Shown: positions 1 through 6,862 of the stretch, in pieces
Layout of the letters: each line of letters begins with the position of its first letter
How positions within the stretch are numbered: the first letter of the stretch is position 1
DNA from: Trichlorobacter lovleyi SZ
GTDB lineage: Bacteria > Desulfobacterota > Desulfuromonadia > Geobacterales > Pseudopelobacteraceae
Reading direction: 5' to 3'
DNA: 32,000 nt
Assembly: GCF_000020385.1 (NCBI RefSeq)
Contig: NC_010814.1
Span: 3,420,001-3,452,000 of the forward strand
The notes under the pieces: generated by a model
The model's input: the letters and a program-made list of their open reading frames with translations, nothing else
What the model was told of the DNA's origin: nothing
Database searches by the model: none
Translations under genes and position numbers: made by a program

Positions 1-280
1 CCTGGGCGTCACCGCTGCAGGGCGTTATCGGCGGAATGGTATGTTCATCATGCAGGTAATGAACCTGCAGGTGTTTCAGGTTTGCCGGCAGCTCATACTT
101 GATGCCGTCATACTCGTCTGCCCTGCTGCCGATAAATACCGCCCCGAAATCCAGTTCGGGAAAGCCTCTGATAATCTGGTTGACCCAGCTGGAAACCCCG
201 CCGCTGACGTAGGGAAAGGTCCCCTCCAGCAGCAGCATGACATCAACCTTTTCAACCCTCGGAAGCCTGTTGTCAGCCAT
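1..280 (-). CDS. pelF: PelF-family GT4 glycosyltransferase, N-terminal 93 codons only (gene continues past coordinate 1)
   Basis: Minus-strand frame open to the window edge, so it is absent from the ORF track. ATG at 278-280 overlaps the pelE stop by 1 nt (TAATG). Hand translation: MADNRLPRVEKVDVMLLLEGTFPYVSGGVSSWVNQIIRGFPELDFGAVFIGSRADEYDGIKYELPAN. The LLLEGTFPYVSGGVSSWV block is typical of the N-terminal region of PelF-like glycosyltransferases. It sits directly after pelE, as in P. aeruginosa. Confidence 0.8.
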   Translation of the reverse strand, partial: MADNRLPRVEKVDVMLLLEGTFPYVSGGVSSWVNQIIRGFPELDFGAVFIGSRADEYDGIKYELPANLKHLQVHYLHDEHTIPPITPCSGDAQ

Positions 281-1275
281 TAGCGTGCTCCCCAGAACTG
301 GGCCACCGGACCGATGCCCGGCCTGAAACGGACCGTGGCATCCCGCATCAGAAAAGCTCTCACTGCCTGAAAGTCCCGGGCATAAAAAGCCAGTTCAGCC
401 TGATAAGGCAACAGCTTGAGCGGGTCAGCACCTGCTGCAAGGGCGGCTTGAATCGCCTCATCTGCCATGACGTAGTCACGTTTCTGAAGATGAATCCTGA
501 CCATCAGGACAAGTAGTGCCGGATTCCTGTTGCTTAACTGCAGTGCCTGCGCGGCATACTTGGCTGCCTGTTCCACAAAGAAGTCACGCAGGTCATCCTG
601 TGCCAGTGCGCTGTAAACCATCTCCCAGTATGAGAAGGCCAGATTACGGCAGACCGAGGCCTTAACCGCTGCTGTTTTGGCCTGCTTCAGCTCTTCCAGT
701 GAGGCGGAAATGGCCTGCTGAATCTTCTGTTCCTGGCGTTCATAGAGATTAAAGGCCAGAAGACGGATTTCATCGTCACTGTCGCCGGTGGCGTGCTGCA
801 GCAACCGGCTGGAATTATGTCCGCCGCTCGTCCCTACTGACAGCAGGGCCTTTAAACGCAGCTCACGGGGCAGGCCAACCGTGCGCAGACGGGACCAGGC
901 CCCCCCCTCTCCCATACCTGACCCCAGGTCGGCAGACTCTGCCTGAAAGGGAGGCAAGGGCACATTGGAAAACTCGGTCCGTTCTTCACTTGACAAAAAC
1001 ATCCGGAAGTACAGCAGGATCAACAAGGTGCCAACTGCGCCAAAGGCAGGCACAAAGAAGTTAAAGCAGAAAAAAAGCCCCAACAGGCCCCGGCGCAGCG
1101 CAACAAAGCGTTTGGGGAAACTGATGGCGAGCAGCAGAGAGAAGAGCGAGGACGCAATCAGATGCCCGGTGAGAAACAGCAGTACCCGTTGCCAGACCGG
1201 CTGCGTGCCAAAGACCGCCAGCAGGGCTGATTGCTCACTGCAGAGACCATAGATGAGCAGTTTCAGGCTGCTCAT
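280..1275 (-). CDS. pelE: PelE-like inner-membrane protein (N-terminal TM helices plus C-terminal TPR-like helical region)
   Basis: 331 aa. Hydrophobic N-terminal ~100 aa with several TM segments, then an Ala/Leu-rich helical repeat region. ATGA overlap with the pelD stop (1272-1275). It lies between pelD and pelF, and its size is close to P. aeruginosa PelE. Confidence 0.7.
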   Translation of the reverse strand: MSSLKLLIYGLCSEQSALLAVFGTQPVWQRVLLFLTGHLIASSLFSLLLAISFPKRFVALRRGLLGLFFCFNFFVPAFGAVGTLLILLYFRMFLSSEERTEFSNVPLPPFQAESADLGSGMGEGGAWSRLRTVGLPRELRLKALLSVGTSGGHNSSRLLQHATGDSDDEIRLLAFNLYERQEQKIQQAISASLEELKQAKTAAVKASVCRNLAFSYWEMVYSALAQDDLRDFFVEQAAKYAAQALQLSNRNPALLVLMVRIHLQKRDYVMADEAIQAALAAGADPLKLLPYQAELAFYARDFQAVRAFLMRDATVRFRPGIGPVAQFWGAR

Positions 1276-2585
1276 ACATCCTCCGTCAACAGGTTTGCCA
1301 GTTGTATAAGCGGTTCATCGCCGGACAGAACCGCATATTTTATGGTGATCCCCACGCTTTGCAGCGTCATGCCGAACTGCTTGCGCAAGACCTCATTCAG
1401 GCGGGCCTGATATCCTTCCAGAGCAGCCGGACCAGTGAACGGCATCAGGGTCACAAACTGCACGCACCAGCCCAGGTCCCTCCGCCAGCCGTGATCCAGG
1501 CCACGCTGCTGGCGCTCCAGTACCTGGCACAACTCGTCAAGTCTGGGCCCCGGTTGCAAATTGATCACCACCACGGTACTCACAATATCGAGGTCGCGCC
1601 TCAAACGGGTCATCTTGACCAGTTCAGCTCCAAAGACGGTCGGACAATCGGGATACACCGCTATCAGACGTTTGGCAATGGTGGCAGCCTCCACATGATC
1701 AGCCGCATAGGCCAGCAAGACGCCGAGGATCTGCAGTGTTTCACGATGCAGCGCCATAAAGGGCATATCACTGACCAACAGGACCCCCAGCATCCGGCCG
1801 CTGCTGGTACGAAGCGGTGCCGCCACCAGATAGCTGCTGTGTTGACCATCACCAAGCCGGCTGGCCGCCTGATATGCGGTGGTGCCCGACTCCAGGGCAG
1901 ATCGCAACAGCAGGTCATCCGGCCGGTAGGAGGCCCCCTGGCCGCACTGCGCCAGCGGCACAGGATCAGGCACGCCCCGGCGTACGGCATAGATGGCCGC
2001 ACTTGAGAGTGAGCAGTAGTGGGCCAGAATCACCATCAGCTCACCGGCCAGCTCATTGCTGACCTCCCCGCCTCTCTCAACCAACAGCCGGCGCAGCTCC
2101 ATCATGGCCTGCCGCAGAGTGACCGGACGGCTGACCAGGTTCTGCTCAAGCCGGTCATGGGAATGGCGGACCATGAAATACGCCCGTGAGAGTTGTTGAA
2201 AACGCTCGGAGGCATGACGGGAAAGCTGGTCAGAGCGCCTGAGACGGGTTGTCCAGACAGAACTGAATTGACCGGCAATCAGTGACAGCAAGGCTCCGCC
2301 AAGCATGAAATGCAACGGGAACGCCCCCTTGAGCAGGCCTGCCAGCGACAACGCAAACCAGAGCACTGCCAGGAACGAGACCGAGCTGAGTGCCGGGGCA
2401 ATGCCGTAACGCAGGGCCACCAGCAAAGGACCAAACCAGAGCCAGGGAAACGCTGACTGCACAAAAAAAGGATCATCCTTGCTCAGCAGACAGCCCAGCA
2501 GCGGCACCAGCAGGGTCAGCACCAGGGTCTCCAGCCACTGTGACAGCTGGGGAAAACGTGAGGTTATGCCGTTCAGCACGGACAT
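1272..2585 (-). CDS. pelD: PelD-like c-di-GMP receptor (TM region, GAF-like domain, degenerate GGDEF domain)
   Basis: 437 aa from the ATG at 2583-2585, which lies 1 nt after the pelC stop; the ORF-track start at 2600 is a TTG. Four hydrophobic N-terminal segments. The C-terminal part has RGLD (nt 1494-1505) followed 5 residues later by DLGWC where a GGDEF would sit, i.e. an I-site-like RxxD without a catalytic motif. Operon position matches pelD. Confidence 0.8.
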   Translation of the reverse strand: MSVLNGITSRFPQLSQWLETLVLTLLVPLLGCLLSKDDPFFVQSAFPWLWFGPLLVALRYGIAPALSSVSFLAVLWFALSLAGLLKGAFPLHFMLGGALLSLIAGQFSSVWTTRLRRSDQLSRHASERFQQLSRAYFMVRHSHDRLEQNLVSRPVTLRQAMMELRRLLVERGGEVSNELAGELMVILAHYCSLSSAAIYAVRRGVPDPVPLAQCGQGASYRPDDLLLRSALESGTTAYQAASRLGDGQHSSYLVAAPLRTSSGRMLGVLLVSDMPFMALHRETLQILGVLLAYAADHVEAATIAKRLIAVYPDCPTVFGAELVKMTRLRRDLDIVSTVVVINLQPGPRLDELCQVLERQQRGLDHGWRRDLGWCVQFVTLMPFTGPAALEGYQARLNEVLRKQFGMTLQSVGITIKYAVLSGDEPLIQLANLLTEDV

Positions 2586-2586
2586 G

Positions 2587-3108
2587 CTAGCGCAACTCAA
2601 TCGTCGTGATCAGGTTCTCCAACACCTGCTGCGCAACAGCACTGACCGCCTCGCGGCTCCAGCCGCTTTTCCCCGAACTGCCGCTCCAGAGCACTTTGTC
2701 ATCACGCAGGTCAACCAGTTGCAGGGTCATACCGGCCACCGGCTCACCGTCGAGTCCGACCTTGTAACGCCACTCCGTCACTGTCCCTTGCAGGGCATAG
2801 CGAATATTTTGTTTTTTGGCCCAGGCAATCCCCTCCTGCCGCCGCTTCAGCCCCCGGTCCGGCAGTGCCTCGGCATCCGCCACCGGGTCCTGGGGGGCCG
2901 TTACCACTCGTTGGACTCCACGGGCGTATAACAGCGCGGTACTGATCGCCTCAGCCCGCTCTGCGGCAAAGGGGGTCTCCGTATTGTTCACAAACGGGAT
3001 GACCGCCCAGGTTTCCGCCTGCGGCACTGCCTCCCGCATCCCCTGATGCAGGGTAGTACAACCGGCCAGCATCACTAGTCCCACCAGAACAGGCACGACA
3101 CGTTTCAT
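2587..3108 (-). CDS. pelC: PelC-like outer-membrane lipoprotein
   Basis: 173 aa. Signal peptide with lipobox MKRVVPVLVGLVMLAGC. Strong SD (GAGGAGGAAATC) before the ATG at 3106-3108. Size and position match PelC. Confidence 0.8.
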   Translation of the reverse strand: MKRVVPVLVGLVMLAGCTTLHQGMREAVPQAETWAVIPFVNNTETPFAAERAEAISTALLYARGVQRVVTAPQDPVADAEALPDRGLKRRQEGIAWAKKQNIRYALQGTVTEWRYKVGLDGEPVAGMTLQLVDLRDDKVLWSGSSGKSGWSREAVSAVAQQVLENLITTIELR

Positions 3109-3137
3109 GATTTCCTCCTCATCTGCTGCATAGAAAC

Positions 3138-5966
3138 TCAGTAAAAATACCGATAGATGACGCCGATGGTGGTGGTCAGGTCAGCGCTGCCGAACTGGCC
3201 GCTGCCTTGTGTCACCTCAAGCATCAACTGATCAAGGCCAAAGACCGGCCCCACCAGACCGGCCCCATAGCTGAAGCCGGCCCCGGAGTTGCTGTTCCAG
3301 TCAAAGTCAGCCTCAGCAAATGGTTTCCAGTCACGGCTATAGTTGTCTTTCCAGGACTGCCCCAGAAACAGGCCTGCCCCTAAATGCCCAAAACTGGCCG
3401 GAATAAAAAACGCTGCAGCCGGACTGACAGTAACCGGCACAAGCGTTGCAGACCTGCTGCTGACGGTACCATCTGCCGCATAAGCGGTGTAGCCGCCAAA
3501 CAGGCGCACCCCGTAATCAGGCCAGGCTCGGGCAAACTGATGTCTTACATCAAGATCCACTGACTGTCCCTGCCCCAGATAGTGCCTGCCCTGATCATGA
3601 AAACGTGCTGCAGCCAGTTCAAGGGAAAATGAATCTGCAGCACTCAACGTACCAAAGACCGTCAATCGCACACGATCACGGATGCCGCCGACAGAAAGCG
3701 CTGCAGTTTCACTGGCCCTGCCGTTCAGCTCCAGACCGGCTCCCAGCTGCAGATCACGCCAGGGTTGCCAGCTCCCTGCAAGCGAGGCCGTAACAAAGCT
3801 GTCCAGGCCGCCATCACGCCCCCCCAGCGTCAAGGCCAACTGCCCCCGCTCATGCTGGCGGGTAAGGGTCAGGCTGCCACTGAGATCATGGTCCGGCAAA
3901 GCACCCAGCACATTACTCTTCAACAGACTGAACTGCCGTTCGGTCAGCTCCGCCTTCAGACTGTAGCGGTTGCTGACCGGTTGCGCCAGCGCCAGCCGCG
4001 ACTCTGCCCAGCCGACACCGGACTGATCCTGCAGTTTCAGCCCCGTAGCGAGATAACCGGGGCGGCGGCCGAACAGTTGCCGCACCTGGGTATCCACCAG
4101 AGCATCCTCACGGTTCAGTTGCAGACGCTGCCAGGCATGCTCCTGAGCCAGCGGGATAAAGCCGGAACGTTGCGCTGCCTCAATGGCGTCTCGATAGGGC
4201 AACTGTTCCAGCTTGCGGTCAAGCAGCTCTGCCATGGCAGCCCGGTCGTTTTCTTCCAGGGCCAGTCCCAGCCGGGCCCATTCAGGCCGGGCTACGGCCC
4301 GGACAAACTTCTTCCAGTACCAGAGCCGGGCCAGATCGGTCTGACCGCTAGTCATGGCCCAGCTGAGGATCAGTTCATTACCGGCATCATCCCGTTCCCC
4401 TTCTGCAATCTGCCTGATGCGGGCTGAAAGAGCGTCACCAGGAGCGAGATGCAGTAACAGCTGGGCCCGGGTTAAGTGCAGAAACCGGGCATCGGCAAGC
4501 GGCTGACCGTTACGCAGTTGCTGATGCAGCAGCCGGTAAGCCTGACGTCTGACCGTCCAGGCGGCCTCCTGCCGGCCGGCCTGTTCCAGAACATCGGCAA
4601 AAGAAGCCAGCCAGGCCGGGTCCGCCTGTCGCTGCGGTGCCAGGATCTGATAGTGCCGTAAGGCCCGGGGGGTATCGCCCAGCAGCAGCATGGCGGCAGC
4701 CAGCGGTTCGCGCAGGGCAGGTAATGCGTCAATCCTCGCCTCCCACTCGCGCACCAGCGGCCGCAATTCAGCCACCTGTTTCAGGTCCACCAGCATCCAG
4801 AGGTAGGCCGCAAGCAGGTCGGCATCACCTGCTGCCAGACGCGCCGCAACCCGTGCGGCCGTCAGGCTGGCGACAGGATTACCGGCCTGACGGTAAACCT
4901 GGGCCATGGCCATCCAGGAACGGGCATCACGGGCAAGCAGAGCACGCTCTTCAGCCCCCAGATTTTTCAGAAACAGGGCCAGTGCCTTGGCCTGGCCGCT
5001 ACGCAGACCGGTATCGGCCATGGCATACCAGTACAGCGGGGTATGGAAACGCTGCCAGCCGGCCAGGGCATAGCCGTATGCCCGCCGGGGTTCCGATCCG
5101 CTGTACAGCTCCAGCAGGCGCTGGTAATCCACGGCAAGGGCCTGCCCCGTGGCAATCAGCTGCTCAGACGCCCTGGCTGAGGACGCTGTTTCCTGAACCG
5201 CCCAGGCCAGGTCCGCGTAGGTTCGCCAGAACATTGCAGCGCCCGACGGAGCGGTTGCAGCACCTTGTTTCAGTACCTGCCAGGCGCGTACCGTATCAGA
5301 CTGACCATACCATAGCGTGGCCAGTTTCAACGATTCATCAGCGTCAAGCGGTTTGAGTTCAGCCCGTTTTTCCCATGCCTGTGCCGCATCTACCGGCCGC
5401 CCCAGCTGCTCGGCCAGCCGGGCCTGCTCCGTCAGGCGCCAGACCGGGTCAAAACTCCCCAGATCTCCTGAAACCAACAGTGCATACACATCCTGCGGCA
5501 GCCCCATCCCTTCGGCAACGGCAAGATATTCCCGCTGCAGGGCAGGATCCGCGTTCCCCTCACGGATTGCCTGCTCAAGCAGTTGTTTGCGCAGGGGAAA
5601 CTCCTGCAGCCCGCGGGAGAGACGCAGCACAGACTGACGGGCCTCGTGACTCCCCTGCCGGGCCAGACAGAACCACTGTTCCAGGGCCAGATCGGGCCGT
5701 CCGGCCCACTCTGCCGTCTGGGCCGCCTTTTTTCTCCAGACCGGGTCGTTAGGCCGGGCCTTTACCGCACGCTGAGTAACCGCCAACGCCTCCTTGAGAT
5801 TGCCGTTAGCCAGAAAAACCGTGTGGGCCAGTTCAAACAGCTCCTGCTCAAAGATGGCCCTGATCTCCGGGATAGAGTGCGGCGTCGGCTCGGTCAGGGC
5901 ATGCACCCCGGTTGCCTGAGCAAGCAGCAGCCCGGCAGCAATCATTTTCACCGCAGCACTCTTCAT
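3138..5966 (-). CDS. pelB: PelB C-terminal part: periplasmic TPR scaffold plus C-terminal beta-barrel porin, with its own signal peptide
   Basis: 942 aa. N-terminus MKSAAVKMIAAGLLLAQATGVHA-LTEP looks like a Sec signal peptide. A long Ala/Leu/Arg/Trp-rich TPR-like region is followed by ~300 aa of Gly/aromatic alternating beta-strand-like sequence ending IGVIYRYFY, an aromatic terminus typical of OM barrels. ATGA overlap with the upstream ORF (5963-5966). Confidence 0.75.
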   Translation of the reverse strand: MKSAAVKMIAAGLLLAQATGVHALTEPTPHSIPEIRAIFEQELFELAHTVFLANGNLKEALAVTQRAVKARPNDPVWRKKAAQTAEWAGRPDLALEQWFCLARQGSHEARQSVLRLSRGLQEFPLRKQLLEQAIREGNADPALQREYLAVAEGMGLPQDVYALLVSGDLGSFDPVWRLTEQARLAEQLGRPVDAAQAWEKRAELKPLDADESLKLATLWYGQSDTVRAWQVLKQGAATAPSGAAMFWRTYADLAWAVQETASSARASEQLIATGQALAVDYQRLLELYSGSEPRRAYGYALAGWQRFHTPLYWYAMADTGLRSGQAKALALFLKNLGAEERALLARDARSWMAMAQVYRQAGNPVASLTAARVAARLAAGDADLLAAYLWMLVDLKQVAELRPLVREWEARIDALPALREPLAAAMLLLGDTPRALRHYQILAPQRQADPAWLASFADVLEQAGRQEAAWTVRRQAYRLLHQQLRNGQPLADARFLHLTRAQLLLHLAPGDALSARIRQIAEGERDDAGNELILSWAMTSGQTDLARLWYWKKFVRAVARPEWARLGLALEENDRAAMAELLDRKLEQLPYRDAIEAAQRSGFIPLAQEHAWQRLQLNREDALVDTQVRQLFGRRPGYLATGLKLQDQSGVGWAESRLALAQPVSNRYSLKAELTERQFSLLKSNVLGALPDHDLSGSLTLTRQHERGQLALTLGGRDGGLDSFVTASLAGSWQPWRDLQLGAGLELNGRASETAALSVGGIRDRVRLTVFGTLSAADSFSLELAAARFHDQGRHYLGQGQSVDLDVRHQFARAWPDYGVRLFGGYTAYAADGTVSSRSATLVPVTVSPAAAFFIPASFGHLGAGLFLGQSWKDNYSRDWKPFAEADFDWNSNSGAGFSYGAGLVGPVFGLDQLMLEVTQGSGQFGSADLTTTIGVIYRYFY

Positions 5967-6862
5967 GGTGTTGCTGCCCCGGACGGTTCGCCAGACGACA
6001 AGCCAAGGGCCCGCCGGACATACTTCTGGGCCAGGTCGGGACGATTTGCAGCCAGTGCAAGTCTGGTCAGATACAGCAGAGTCTGACGATCATGTGCCAG
6101 CCCTGCATCAAGGTGCCGCTCAGCTGCCGTCAGCGCCTCAGCCAGCAGGTTGCCCGATTGCAGTGTTCGCACCCCAGCCAGAAAATAGACCCGTTTCTGA
6201 TTCAGCCCGGCGGCCTGCAACCCCTTAAAATACAGCTCTGCTGCGCCACGGTAGTCACCCTTGGCCAAGGCAGCGGAGGCCGCAGCCTCCACCGCCGGAG
6301 CTGTGCCCTGACCGGCAGCTGTCCCCAGCAGCGTCTCAAGCCGCTTCACTGTCTGCCGGTCACCAAGGGCACGGGCATCTGCCAGGTAGCGCACCAGCTC
6401 CTTCGGTGTGGCTCCGGCCTGCTTCAATTGTTCAATCTGGTCTGCATAGTCCTGCTGTGCCCGTTTCCAACCCGGCTCGCCGGTCAGCATCAGTTCCAAT
6501 TGCTGCCGTCGCGCTTCATAGTACAGCTGCATGACGGTCTTCGCCTGCTCTCTGCTCAGCACACCTTGGCGGTGTTCCAGCGCCTTCAGCGCCTTTTCCG
6601 TACAACCTGCGGCCAGATAACTGCGCGCCAGAATGATGACCAGATTGGGATCTCCCGTACGCAGATGTACCAGCGCCTCAAGGTAGCGTTGCTGGGCCGG
6701 ACTGGTCACATCCGGCGCCTCAAGCAGCCTCAGCAGGCTTTTTTCCGGATAGAGCACAACCAGCAGCAACAGCCCTGCCCCGACAAGTCCGGCAATGGCG
6801 GCCGGCCCGGCAAAGCGCTCACGCGGATTCTGCTGCTTATTGGCAGACCAGTTCCAGGCCAT
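5963..6862 (-). CDS. pelB: PelB N-terminal part: single-TM-anchored TPR protein
   Basis: 299 aa. TM helix AAIAGLVGAGLLLLVVLYP near the N-terminus, followed by TPR-like repeats (e.g. GDYRGAAELYFKGLQAAGLN). The ATG at 6860-6862 overlaps the end of pelA by 26 nt. It lies between pelA and the TPR-porin ORF. Confidence 0.65.
   Translation of the reverse strand: MAWNWSANKQQNPRERFAGPAAIAGLVGAGLLLLVVLYPEKSLLRLLEAPDVTSPAQQRYLEALVHLRTGDPNLVIILARSYLAAGCTEKALKALEHRQGVLSREQAKTVMQLYYEARRQQLELMLTGEPGWKRAQQDYADQIEQLKQAGATPKELVRYLADARALGDRQTVKRLETLLGTAAGQGTAPAVEAAASAALAKGDYRGAAELYFKGLQAAGLNQKRVYFLAGVRTLQSGNLLAEALTAAERHLDAGLAHDRQTLLYLTRLALAANRPDLAQKYVRRALGLSSGEPSGAATP

Noticed and set aside
41-283. 80-aa plus-strand ORF from the track
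   Set aside because: It lies entirely antisense to the PelF N-terminal coding region, whose translation is strongly PelF-like. It has no SD and its composition is unremarkable.
2586-2600. Alternative non-ATG starts offered by the ORF track: pelD TTG at 2600, GH13 GTG at 17333, def TTG at 20590, fmt at 21135
   Set aside because: In each case an ATG a few codons downstream gives a better junction with the upstream gene, or matches the conserved N-terminus of the family (MIRPIL for Def, MTGWRIIFMGTPEFA for Fmt).
5950-5980. Interpreting the split pelB as a frameshifted pseudogene
   Set aside because: The downstream ORF begins with a plausible signal peptide, and the junction is a clean ATGA coupling site. 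A sequencing or mutational indel cannot be excluded without reads or comparative data.
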